This document shows positions 13,385 through 26,400 of a stretch of DNA of 64,000 bases, piece by piece. This DNA comes from Yuukianura sp. NJ FZ-2021 (Eukaryota). Positions within the stretch are counted from its first letter, which is position 1, and each line of letters opens with the position of its first letter. Both the position numbers and the translations under genes were made by a program. Below the pieces are notes generated by a model that was not told where the DNA came from, ran no database searches, and saw only the letters and a list, made by a program, of their open reading frames with translations. The DNA is taken from NCBI GenBank assembly GCA_046563655.1, contig CM102286.1, forward strand, positions 4,278,001 through 4,342,000. Reading direction: 5' to 3'.

Positions 13385-16300
13385 GTAAGGACTTCGTCTT
13401 AACATTTTAATGACTAAAAATTCTGAAGAATGTAGTAACTCTGGAGTATGGTATCCGTGGAGATTTATCAGCGGAGAAGGTTGAAGGAGTGGAGAAGCAG
13501 AGTGAAAATCTTAATTAATTTGGAACGAGAAAGTTCATGCAAAGTGGAAAAGGAAAAAGGAGAATGTAGTGGTATAACCCAGATTCAAATTTTCCCGCTT
13601 CTGCCTTCAGTTTTAAACTCCCAAATTGGCTTCATCAAAGCGCCTAGGTAAGAACGATCGATTCCAATCTTGGCTAAAGTTTTTTAACGAAAGTTTGTTA
13701 CATACCGCGTATTTCAGCAACAATTTTGAACTATTTTTGGCCAGACTTTTGGAAATTAAGTTGCAAAGTAGCAACTTCCACTTTTGCTTTTACAAAAAGT
13801 TACGTTAAAACATAAACGAAAACGGAAAGCATGTTTAACCTGGCGAAAGATGTGTGATTTCTGGTTTTAAAATTTAGTCTTGAGTGACGGTTTTCAAAAT
13901 AGCTCCGGGTTGTTTTTTGTTTGGTGAGGGCTGGAGTACAGAAGTTCAAAAAAGAAATCGTATTCTAAAGAACTTTTTTATTGTTAAAAGCATACAAGAA
14001 TTTATATAGTGAGGGTCAGGATCTTGTTACATTGGGCTTGTTACTTTGAATGTAGTTTATAGTCTTCCGCTGTCACTTTCATTGTCAGAACACTTACTGC
14101 TGTGAAATCCTTCCCCGAAGGAGAATACATAGGTGTGAACCCAAACAAATTGGTGTGAAGTGCCTTCAATTGAAAGCTTCTGTAATGCCAACTGAGGATA
14201 AGATGGGATTTGACCCTCCGTGTGACCTTTGTGCTACTCTTTGTGTCGGTACACTTCCCTTTACACATGAATTGTTCTTATCCATTTCCCAAATCTTCCT
14301 TGATCTCACCAACTTATTTTATCCCGGTCCATGGATCCTGGAGGGATATAAAATCCCGTATTCAACATGCGGTGTAGAGCCTACTTTTCTGCTTTCATGA
14401 CTTTCAATGCATTTGTGTCCAAAGTTTGATCAGAAAAGTGTCACCACAAGAATTTAGAAATTCTGAGCTTTCAGTGGTTGTGAAAAGTCCAAACACATTG
14501 TGGGCACAACAATACAAAAGATGCATGCTGAGTTTTCTGTTGTGAATTTTTACTAGTACATTTGAAGAAAGTTTTGCTCCGTACTTGCATCAAACTTGCT
14601 TCAATACTTGCATCAAACCAAACCAACAACAGTAAAAACTTTTGTGTAAGGTAATGTAAGGTAATTTTTTGGAAAAAAATTTCTCTAATAGCATTTTTAT
14701 GTAAACATGTTTATGTTAACTTACCACGAGACTATTCCACCACAACACGCAAAATTTCTAAAGTTTGAAATATTTTTACTCCAGCAAATGCACCTTCGTA
14801 AACCAAATTCTGGTGTTAACAGATTTCCATTTTTTGTGCTGGCTTATGCAGGTTTTTGCAAGTAAAAAGTAAGCCCATCCAATTTCAAAGGAGCAAGGTA
14901 GGCAGAAAAAGTCCATAAAAATCTATTATATTCCACCGCCGACGTCCAACTTCTTCGAACACACGCGTTTTCCAGGTTTCAGAAGTTTACGACATGGTCG
15001 GAGCGTCTCATCTTTGCAAAGCCATTTCCAGTCTTATGAGTTGAAAAGCTAGGTTTAATTTCATAAGCCTTAGGAACTCAATTCCAAAAGAGATGTTTAT
15101 ACTGAGGGCCTTTTGACCATGGAAGGAAAACAAACAGTAGCAAAGCACATGCACAACTGCTTTCTGAAATGCTAGGTCAAATCCTAGTACCATTTTTAAA
15201 TTGTTAGGATAGCTTTCTGAAGTAAACAGCTTTTCTACTTTTGAAAATAAGTTAAGCTTGAAGACAGAAAAATTTAGAACAGATGCAACCAATTGGTTTT
15301 CAGTCTTTCAAAAAGAACTCACACTCTGCTTTAAAAAAAATCTGAGAACATTGTTTTCAAAAAGTTTCTGAAATTTTCAAAACACTATAAAACCTTACAC
15401 ATCAGTAATGATGTCTACACCGGACCAATAGCATGTTATGTCATAGGTCAACTTAAGTTAGTGCAGAGATCTAATTATATTTCTATTGTTTGAAATAATT
15501 GAAATTTAAGTTTCCCATTGTCCAGTTCCAGTCTCAAACTGTTGCACTCCGGATGAAAATGGTTACATGCTAACGATGGCACAAAACTTTTTGTAAACTA
15601 AGTTCCAGCTTTTAAGCTCTACATTTGTATTTTTCCAAATTGGATTTGCGTGTCATCCTTAACAAGATCTTCCAGAAAGTTTGGTTAACCAGATGCCAAA
15701 GGTGAGTACTGCTGGAGGGAATGCTATAACTTTTGTTATTCTTTGATGCAAGTAACAATTAAGGTAGACTCTCAGGTGGGAAATTGTTAGCAATTCTGAA
15801 AAGAAGTTTTTTGAATACTATCCAGTTCTCTGGAAGTATTTTGAAATCAAATAGAATTGAGCAACGGTTCACGTGAGGTCTTGAGTTTAGCCCCATCTAA
15901 ATACTGTAATTATTTATCCGGTCCGAGTGAATTTCTTTTCATGGCAATTAGTTTTATACGGGAAACTACTTTGGAATATGTTCCAACATTTTGCATAAAA
16001 AATGGGATTTTTTGTTCAAAATATTTTTCTTTTTCTGTTTTGAAAAAAGTACGGGAGATGAAATTGATTGGATCGTTTCATTTGTATTGTCAATTGGCCT
16101 GTATTGACGAATTTCAGCTTGAAATGAAATCGGTGATGGATGGTTTTTGAACAGCACGACATTTCGATCCTTCAAACAAGAAATATTTGAGCGGGCAAAA
16201 GTCATATTTCGAGTTTAGCTGCGTTCGTGTTAGATAAAAGAGAATTAGCGTCGAATTCCCAGGCGAACTAAGAAGGGGATGGTGGACATTTGGAAGATTG

Positions 16301-19300
16301 AAAAGTCCGAGTGTGTGTTTGGCGGGTAATTGAGCTTAGGGAAGACACAAACTGTCAATGGCCAAAGTGGAAGTGAAGATGACAGAGTGCATATTGGTGG
16401 CTAGTGAAGTCATTCCGGAATCACTTGCCTTCCCAACACTCTCTCCAAAAAAATGACAGATTACATACTCCCCCTACTTCCCATTGTGATTTCTGGGAAA
16501 CCAGGAGAATCAATGGACCTGGGCATGTCTTCCTTCCGAAAATGTCACTCGAGAACAACCCAGAGGTTGAAGGATTGTCCAACGGTTGTATTGTTGTTGT
16601 CAGGACCAAAAAATTATTTTCGGCGTTTAGACAGTCCTTAGGTTCATTCAAGCGGAACAAATTAGAAGTTTAGCAAAGGGGTGAATCAGATTTGCGCGGG
16701 AGAAATCAAGAGTGAAAGCGAAAAAAGGTGACCCCATGTCTCTGTCTGTTTCACACTTCAACTGATCTCTGTCACTGATGTGTGAAATAGTGTGGAAAAA
16801 TAAAATTAAATTGAGGTCATGTAGACACTGTCAGGATTGATTCGGGTTTCAATTCTTTTGAATTTAGGCGTTGAACAAAATTGTTGAATAGAATTTGATT
16901 CAGATCCCCGTTAACACGCGGATTTAGATTTTACATAGGAAATGTTTGCGCCAATTGTTCGAAATTGGGTTTAGGCGCCGAGCTTTAAAAACTGCTGAAC
17001 TTTTGTCAATCGAACGGCTAAAAATAGAATAAATTGAGAGACATTGCAATCGCGAATGCAATCGAATTCCAATCAAGAATAGAGAAGATCAATCATTCTC
17101 AGAATAGATTTGGTAAATGCTAAATTGAGTTGTACATGCTTGGATTAATCATGTTAGGTTATCATTTAACATACCTTATGCCAAGGAGATTAGAATCACG
17201 TTATTGGTTACAAAAACGGTAAGGAAAACCAGTGAAATTTTTTGTTTGATTTTGTTGATACGAAGTAGGTTGAATTTGACATCTAATATTAAAAACATGT
17301 TTCTCTTTCTGGATGACTGGAAAACTGATTTTCTCATTAAAAATGTCCACCAAAATTTTCTTTTTGTGCAAATCCTAACAAAAAAGAAGCCGTTGCATGT
17401 GTGCAGAAAGTCGTAGTGGATTGGAGGATTCCTGTCAAATTGTCAGTAGCAGACGGGTAAGTCTTTACGTATTCCGTTGGTATTTTGGCTCCACACTCTT
17501 CGTTTATGCAAGTGGAATGAGGCAGAAACGGAGGATCCACTGCAAAAAATATCTTCGGTGAAAGTCAACTTTCTCTTGGACGATGGTAAGGAAGAAGTCG
17601 GTGATGTCCAGGAAGAGAAATGGGCACAAAAAGTCAATATCTAAGTCAGCATCGATCAATCTATATCCACCTACGCTTCGTCTTACATCAAGCACTTACA
17701 TCCATACATAAACAAGGCGAAATGGCGGAAAAATTCTTACATCAAAACAAGCGAAAAGCGAATCTCCGATTTCTTACAGTGTTCTTCCAGTTTTAATTTG
17801 TCGTTTCAAAAATTTTCCTCTGTTGTTAAAACTGCGGGTAGCTATGAATGAGTTTCGAACTTAACTCTCCACATTTCTATTAATAACATTAAGTAGCATC
17901 AACTACGTGGTATCAAAGAAGTTTTTTTTTGCTTTTGGTTCAATAACTGCAGGGATTTGGACATAAAAGATGCAATGAATGTGTCGTGCCTTTTCCGTTT
18001 AAAATAAACTCCCTTGCACCTTCTACTTTTTCCATTTTTTGAAACTGGATCCCATGTTCCAGGAATTATTAAAAGTTTCACTCCAGGAGAAAAACTGGGA
18101 ACCAGTTTCCGTCCTGGGAAGTTCAAAAGAAATAAAAGGGAAGATTTTTTACTGAAAATTCATCTTATAGAAAAGGTTTTGATCCAGGGAACTTGAGAAA
18201 TGAAGAACCGAAGTGAAGGCAATCCCTCCAACTGTTTTTTCAGATCTTTTAAACTTTCTTTTGGTCTCACCATTCATCCATGCCTCTCCTCCAACAACCC
18301 TCAATTCATTCATCATTTTCATTTTCTTTCAATTTCTCAAACCGTCCTTCTTCCACCTCTGCTCCTTCATTTACACTTGAAAAACCAAAGTACTTTTTCC
18401 TAAAATCTATTTGCTCTTTTTTCAATTTCAAACTTTAGAGGCATTTTGTGAAAATTTTTTCTCGCACTGCTTGGGGATTACTTTCTCCCTACTTTCTCCT
18501 TGAAAAATGAAGTTTTAAATAAAGGAAAAGTTTGTTTTGTGGTAAAAACAAAGCATTCAAGGAAACATTTCTGTTTTAGTAAAGTTGGATGAGAGATGAT
18601 TTAATATTCGGGTGTTAAAAAAAATTGTACGATCGGCTCAGGATAAAATTGTCGGGATACAATTTGCTGCATTTGGTTTAACTTGGGGTTCTCAGTGGTA
18701 TCTGTTATGCGACGACTTTCTTATAAGATCAGTACCTCTCAACATGGTTTTCCTCGGAGGTCTCCGGAATATAAAAGTGGGTTCAGTATGGGATGTGACA
18801 GACGATGAAATACGACATGTCACCCTCCCCCTTCTTCCAGTTGTCTCCACTGACATCCTATACCGCACGAATAGGCAACTACAGTATGCCGTTACTTTCA
18901 AGCCACTTTAAGTCCCACAATTTTCACACTGCAGATTCAAACTCCTAACTCCACTTTGTGAAAAAAAAATCTAATCGGAAACAGGGTTTCAAACATTTCA
19001 AGGTTATTTGGTTTCCAATATTTGAAATTTAATAAAATCGGTTTGGAATTTAAACCAAAATTGAAAGTGACTTGCTTAGAAAACTGCTACTGGAATTCTA
19101 AAAAACATTTTCATCACATTAAAGTTAAGAATTGTGTATTTTGGTTTTTAAAATTCCTATCAAAAAGTTTATGAAATCTAGGTGCAGTGGTTTTTTTTTT
19201 GAGAATTTGTGGTTGGTTGGCATGATTTCGAAGAGTCAAACACAGAATTCTGTGGTGAATGTAAGGTGGAAGTGCCTCGATTTCATTAAAAATCTGAAGG

Positions 19301-19419
19301 GAAAAGGCGTGCTACTCTCCCATATATTTTGTTAACGGTTATTTATTTCACTTCAAAACTTCACTTTTCTCCTTGTCTTGAACTCCAAGCGACTCAATAC
19401 ATTAGGTTAGATGGCAAAG

Positions 19420-19780
19420 AATTCTGAACAGCACAAGTTACTTGAGCAAAGTAACCTTCAGAACGCGCTCGCTCGTGATTCAAGTTCAATGGCAAAAAAT
19501 TCCAGACTTTGTGAACTGTGTTATATTCGTAGACTTCCAGACCCAGTACAAGCGTCACTTCAAAGACCCACATGAAGTGTCTCGTTTCCAATTTTCGTGG
19601 CTCGAAACGACTCATAACTATGACCTGACACGACATTCTGAGATCTATGAGTTGAGATATAGACTGGAAGTCACAAAGTTTTGGCTGAGTTGTGGCGACA
19701 AATCATGAAACTACGACAAGGAGAAAGTCGGCTTGTTGGTGAACTGTTTTAAAATGAATAATCACCACAAGAAGCCAAAA
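19420..19780 (+). pseudogene. Possible degenerate C2H2 zinc-finger remnant
   Basis: CELC (19510-19521), then in a shifted frame FQTQYKRHFKDPH and RFQFSW..TTHNYDLTRHSEI, resembling finger helices. Frameshifted and missing several ligands. Confidence 0.3.
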
Positions 19781-20303
19781 AAACAAGCGTTCTAAAAAGT
19801 TTATTTCAACTATAAAACAAGCAACGCTTTGCAAAAACCGGAATTTGGCAAACAACACTAGAACAGCACAAGTCAGTATCCAGGAAGAAACGCATGAATG
19901 GAAAGGGAAGGCATGTTGGACCTCTGCAAACAGTAGAATGATATAGCAGTTCCAAAAGATTCGAAACTGCGTAGAATATTTCTAACTTCGTGTTTTGTGT
20001 GCCTTTTGACTGGAAACAGAATATCTTCTGGGCAATTGTGCTGTTTGAATTGTTCTCTGGAGAAATCCAGCTACTGGCAATATCCAGAACCTTATCTGGA
20101 AGCTGCATGTCTCCAAGTACGAACCGAGGATCCATTCCCAGCCCACCCAATAACTCCCTCTGCTCCAAATTAACTCGCTTCCTCCCCTCTCACTAAACTA
20201 CCACGCACATAATCTTCACAAATGTCAATGGCATGGACCAAATATGGAAGGAAGATGTCAATTTGAAACTATAAATGCTCTCAAAGGACAACTGCTATAC
20301 ATA

Positions 20304-20420
20304 CAGGTAGGGCCTTTAATCTCCTTACCCAAGTGAAAGAAAGAGAAACTCTCACATGAGTTTCTTATGACAATAGTGAGAGGAAAAGAAAGAGGGTAAG
20401 GAGATTAAAGGCCCATCCTG
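20304..20420. mobile_element. Tc1/mariner-like MITE (117 bp)
   Basis: 27-bp terminal inverted repeats CAGGtaGGGCCTTTAATCTCCTTACCC / GGGTAAGGAGATTAAAGGCCCatCCTG (21-bp perfect core), flanked by TA on both sides; no coding capacity. Confidence 0.6.
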
Positions 20421-23400
20421 TACATACAACTATTTTGTGAAAAAAAAAATTAGAATTGAAAAGCAAACTAGGTTGGGAAAAAAGAGTAAAATTAATCTTT
20501 AGTCTCGAAAACTTTTTCTTTGCTATCTTGTTATGTTAGTTTTAAATCCAGTGCTAAGCAAAAGAAAGTTAGTGAAAAACGACTTTTAGGAGGTGGGCGC
20601 GAAGGTAGAAATAATTTATTGCTGAGAGATATGTACTCGGTTAAGTTTTTGCTTTCTCTTTTCAACCGAACCAGGTTCCAGGTTTGCTTTGTGTTTTTCT
20701 GTAAGGTTAAGAACACTTCAGACATAAATTACAAAGTACTTTTCCTCAAGGAACACTACTTCAACAATTATTATTGTTGTTTAAGGAGGAACTCTAGAAG
20801 ATACACAACAGTAAAGCTTCATTTCCACTTTCACCGCGGCTTGAAAGCGACGTACACTAGCACTTTTTCATAAAAACTTTCACCATTCGAATACATCACC
20901 TCGCTTATGCTGTGCTATGCACCGGAATTTTTTTTTGCCTGAATCAAAATCCTCATTTTCGTTTAGTTTAACTGCACTTCGTTGATTCAAATTGCAACAA
21001 TGGTTTCAAACTACAACTTCAGACGTCAATGCTTTTGATAAAGTCATCCAATGGCTGTAAGTTGAAACGATTGATTGAGCAAAATTGCTAACCTTGAGGA
21101 TTGCGTTTGTTTGAAACAGTCATGCAGGATGTTGCACTAATCGTCTAAAATGGAAATACAATTGGATTCGAATGTAAAATCTGTTGAGATGAAATATTCG
21201 AAGGGTGAGGTGAATGCTGGAAGAGATCAGAGGAAGATTTGTTTGCGGTAGTGCGGGAAGATCCGGAAGGAGAAAGTTGGAGGTACAAAATGTAGCATCT
21301 GGGTGCCTGATGTCGCTCTGCCACTATTTGTCTTCTGTTGCCTATGTTCTTGTTAACCAATTCATTACCACTTTAATTGGACTTAACTCTCCTTCCCCTC
21401 TGCTCCATAGCAAATTACTCTTTTAGCTTATTTCTTCTCACTTTAGACAACTATCTTTTCCATTCCAAAGTTTTACTCATTTTCAGCCTACGTTCATATC
21501 TAGATACAAAGAATTAAACGTTTCCATTTTGTTACTTTTGTGTTAGTTTTGAAAAAATAAACTTCAGTTTGACATTAAATTTATTTCGTGTCACATGGAC
21601 ATGGTCAAGACTCGTTTTGGAAAGTGGAGCTGTTGTGACTTAACGACTGGAAGGCCTTTTGGAGTTTGTAATAATGAAGCGATTGAGTGAAAGTAGGGAC
21701 AACGAAGCAAGCTACTGGTTATGTGTAATGATCTGAAGAATTTGATGCTTTTCCAATTTGTACGGAAATAATGGGCTCCACGTCTGAATTTGATGGTTTA
21801 TAAAAGCAATTCGAGCTGCTGAGGCAAGAGGTTGCTTTTTGTTCTACTTCAGTCGTTTCTATCTCGTATGATTCATATCGCTTGTCCTTTACCACCATTA
21901 CGCCTCTCTCAAGTTTATTTCCCAAAGCAAGTAACATCACTACTGAGAAAGCATTTCCCGTTGCTCTATGTTTACAACGCCAGTTAGATGTCATTTTCTC
22001 CGGTAAAATATTGTATTTATGACATAACATTCAAGCTACTACTACAAAGTGTGAATCGATAGTAAAAATAGAGATACGTGAATGATCGCTTGGAATTTTG
22101 ATAGTTTTTAAAATTTAGAAGCAAAATTTTATTTCAAATACGGTACAATTTTGTTTAAAGTTTTTGTGCAATGGTTCACTAACTCTAGCTGGAAAGTCAA
22201 TGTAATTAGGAGTGAACTGGACCAAATAAAAATTCAAGTCACTTCCTCTCTCTGATTCTTGTTTAATTGACGGGGTAACCAGGGACATTTTGGGCTGAGG
22301 AAAGTTCGGTGTAGCGAGGAAATGAAAGGCTGTGAGGGAAAAGTTCCTGTTAAGTTTATAATGCCTAGAGTAATTCAGCAAGAGGGACACAGCGTCTTCT
22401 CGTTGTAATTAATAGAAAATCACGTAGGAGCAGGCTTCGACGACGGTGAAAGTGTTGAGGTCGGGAAAAGTCAAGGAATTAACGGAGGAAGTGCACAGAA
22501 AAGTCTTCGTTGCACTTTTCCTGCATCTTCCCTCTCTAAAACTTCCAATTTCCTCTCCTATCAGAAATTTATACTCGCACATAGAATTGATGACTCATTT
22601 TGCTCTCCTTTTCGTCTTACTTCTTGTGCCTATTTCGGTAACGTAATAATTTTTTCAACTTTTTTTTAACGTTTTTGGCTAGTTTATTCAATTCCGTTTT
22701 TAGACGCTGAGAAGTAAAAAATGCTGGTAAAAAACAAGCGGTAAAAAATGTTTGTTTAAATTAATTAATGAACTTTTTCAATATTTCTTGGAACTCTTTA
22801 CAAAGAAGAAAAATTTTAATAAGGAAGATGACATATTGAAATTATTTTTGTAACATTCAATTTTTTTTTGTCACTTTAAAAGCAGTCAATCAAGTTGATT
22901 GGTTTGAGAAACCGATTCTTCATAGCGAGTCTCGTTGGGGAATTGGAAGTGTTATTTTTGGTCCAATTGTTCCGTGACTCCTATTCAGCCCATGTTGACA
23001 TTCCAATGGAAAATTATAAAGAAGCTGAATTATGCGAAGCGTAAAAAACTCTGCCAAGTCATTCGTCGTATTGTTCAACTTCATTTTAGAAAATACATGG
23101 ACTAGCATCTTCGCTCATAGAATTTTGATTACCCAAGGAAGAATGGACTATTGAAAAAGATGATGCTGCAGTCAAATACCTCTGCAACCAGCAGAGCTTC
23201 AATTCCGAATCTTTTGTTCAGTTAATTACAGTTCCGTCTCAAGAATATTCGAATGGATTGAAATTTGGTATAGTTCAAAACTTAGAATAACTATCCTTGC
23301 TGAACTACACAACCAACTCGACGTTTCAAAATTAAAATTGATGTTTAAAATTCATAAAACTTTAAATTGAAAATTGCATTCTTAACATTTGACTATTGTT

Positions 23401-26400
23401 TTCAGTTTGCTGGCTACGACTGTCGAAGGTTAGGTGCTTACTGAGTTTTTAGTTAACATAAAGATGTAAACTGAATATGCCTGTTAAAGTGTCTGAAAAA
23501 ATGTCCGAGAGGACATTAATCACATTCGAATCCTCCGCCACCTTTTTGAGATTAATGGTTTTGAGGAGAGATCTCTGACACATGCATCACAAAAACTTTT
23601 GAACGGTTTTGTTTCCAGTACAATTTTTCAAAAATACATCGTACTCGTCTTCCACGCATCAAATTACGCTTCACACCGCGAAAAACAAAGTGTTCAACTT
23701 AATACTCAAAAGCATTCTGTAACAAAATTCTGAGTAAGTCAAAAGTAATGTAAAACTGTATCATTTGAGATTGTAAACAACAAAATATTGCACAAAATGG
23801 CATTTCATGTACTGTAGACAGTACATGAATGTTTTCACCGAGGAAAGTTTCTCATAAACGTTCTGAGAAATGTACACCGAAAGTTTTTCTTCTTTGAAGT
23901 GAATTTGATTTAATTGGTGTGTACAGTAGTAAAAGCTTTACTATGTACTTTTGCAATGACAACTGCTTTCCGGATTCGGAGAAAACAAAAAGTCGGCATT
24001 CCAAAGAGTTACAGTTTCTGAAATCACCGTCTCCTTCTTTTTTGCTTTGAAATCTTTCTTTGTTTAATTCAAATAAGGTTGTGTTCATAATATTTCTCGA
24101 AAGTTGTAATGCTATAAAATGAAATTCGAGGAACGGACATAACCCTAACTTAGCCAATGCCCTTTTTTAAAGTTCCACAGAAAGTTCGAAACAAGATACA
24201 TAATACTGCAAACGGTTTGGTTAGAGATAAAGTTCTTGTGAGACCGATTATGCTGCTAGTAAGTTTGATGAACCAAGTAGCACGTTCTACTGAAGTCTTC
24301 GAGGTCACGCAACTGGTTATGTTGATAGTAATTGAGAAAGTTATATTTGAAAAATTGCGAACGATGCTTTTCAAAGCAAAATCATGTCTGTGGGCTAGAA
24401 ATTTGGACAGTAAAACAATATTGCTCAACATTCAGAAAATTAGTGAACAGAAAATAAAACAATATTTGTGCGTTAACTTTTTGCTAAATGAAAAAAAAAA
24501 CACTCATCGTTTTGCTCTGCCTGTACTTAATAAAATTATGATTTCTATTTCAATGTCCAAGCTCCTAAGAGGGTATAAAGTGATGAAATAGCAAAGCCAT
24601 TTTCCCTTGCGTGTGCTAAGTTTATTTGTGAAACGTTTGCTACCTTTCTTGCATTGTGCGTCGGTCATGTTATGTTGAATTGGAACGAAGAAAATTTATG
24701 CGTGGAGAAAATTGGTTTAAAATTAGTGAAATCATAGCTTAAGAAAGCTTTTGTTCCCTGATTTAAATCTTTTGACACGATAATTGAGTTTCTGTTCTCA
24801 GGGGAAAGTGAAGAAGGTTTGAAGGGGTTTGGCCCTGGAGAAAGTTCCTGGATTCCTTGCATAAATAATTATTCCCGCCCTTCCTTTGTCTCTTCCTCTT
24901 TTCACTTCCTAAGTAACAGAAATTAATTCTACTTTGGCACAGATTTTCCTAATTGAAATTCTCCTTTCTTTTTGCGTTCACTCGTGCGGTAATGCGTGCA
25001 CTTTCTCCGAGTACCACTCTCTTCCCTGCTCAAAATTACTCTGGAACCTCTTTAAAATACTACTCGAGCACTACCATGCGCATGCACGGCAGAAGTAAGT
25101 TTGGGTTAGATTGAGCTGTTGAAAGTTTAAGTTCATCCAACTTCTCAAAAAAGTTTCATGAATTTTTTCTCGCTTGAATTCATCGAGGTTGGTAAAAAAA
25201 AATTGAAATTAAGCTTCGATTTTCTCTTTTTATAGATTTTTAAAGTGGTTAATTCTATTATTTTTGATTTCAATTCCTTGGTGGCAGAGGGGGAGACAAG
25301 TACAGTGCGAAATCGAATTATGTTTAAGTCACCCTCATCGAATTCGTTTGGCCCTTATTTCTGATTTTTTTTCGGATGCAACTTCCCCTCGCTTTTCATT
25401 AAAACCACGCAAGTCCCTAAATTTTTGCCGCCTGAGAATCGCCCAGACAGAAACTCGGTTTGCTCTATTCGCGGCGGCAGCGCGGAAATGATGAATGACT
25501 ATGTTGGTTCATTAGAATCCGAAAACAAAATTAAAGATGAAATTTTTTGTTTCGAAAACTCTACCTCTTTCTCATTTGAGCGTTTCAGGACGTGTATAAC
25601 GGAAGCATTTTTGAAATTTGGTTCTGAGACCTGTACTTGTCGATACTGAATGGATGAACTGTCTGCCCTAGCCTGAAGTTGGTGAAATAAAAGGTCTCAA
25701 TGGATTTTGAAGTCTTAGTTTCCTAATGATGTTTCTCCCCTCTTGAGGACGGAGGGATTGAGTACGGATTGTGTGTAGCTGTTTTGGAATTAGGTTTAGG
25801 TTAGGGTGCTGGAATTGGATCCGACGGATGTTCATCCCTCAGATCATCCCTCTTGTACTAATGAATGCTAGAAGACAATTGGATCAGTGAGGGAACCAAA
25901 AACTAATCCAAGCGAACTGAACTGAAGTACAGTCTAACCTAACCTCACCGCATCCAATTCTGACGAATAGCCTAACTTTGAATTTCGCACTTTCCGGACC
26001 AGCCCTCACCGCAACACGCACAACAATTCTGACTCACCGGTTGCAAATTAATCACCTCAGTATTACAGTGCAAAAACATGCATTGTACTTAACAAGGGAC
26101 GAGGCTTCGTGGAATCTAATAATTTCGATAAGTTAGGAAAGTCGCAAGTCATGCACTTCGTTGAAGTAGAAAATCTACTTCTGTATTGTTGATCATCTTG
26201 CAAGCATATGTGTTACCACACTCAATTTTAACCAAAAATCACCAAATACCTCATAGTAATACATGTCGAAAATTTTTACAAATTACTCTGAGGGGAAATT
26301 TGGTCCAAAAGAAGATTCAATTTCACCCAGAGCTTTTGGAGCGTGGCAGTTTTGGACAAATTAGAATCCCACTGGAATGTGCGTTTTGGAATCCTATACA

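Noticed and set aside
14041..14460. Coding-like composition on the minus strand
   Set aside because: Multiple stops in all frames and no identifiable family.
16421..16660. Minus-strand ORF with SDIFGRK (MFS motif A-like) or TLDc-like GPLILLV
   Set aside because: Short isolated motif with two incompatible interpretations and no supporting exons.
17337..17695. Overlapping protein-like frames on both strands with splice-like sites
   Set aside because: No consistent exon chain or start could be built.
24157..24591. Longest ORF in the track (144 aa)
   Set aside because: No recognisable motif, AT-rich low-complexity composition and no splice context; likely chance.
24992..25100. Short ORF ending MRMHGR with a phase-1 GTAAGT donor and a TGCGCATGCA motif
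   Set aside because: It is phase-compatible with B exon 2 but encodes no signal peptide and has no paralogous support.
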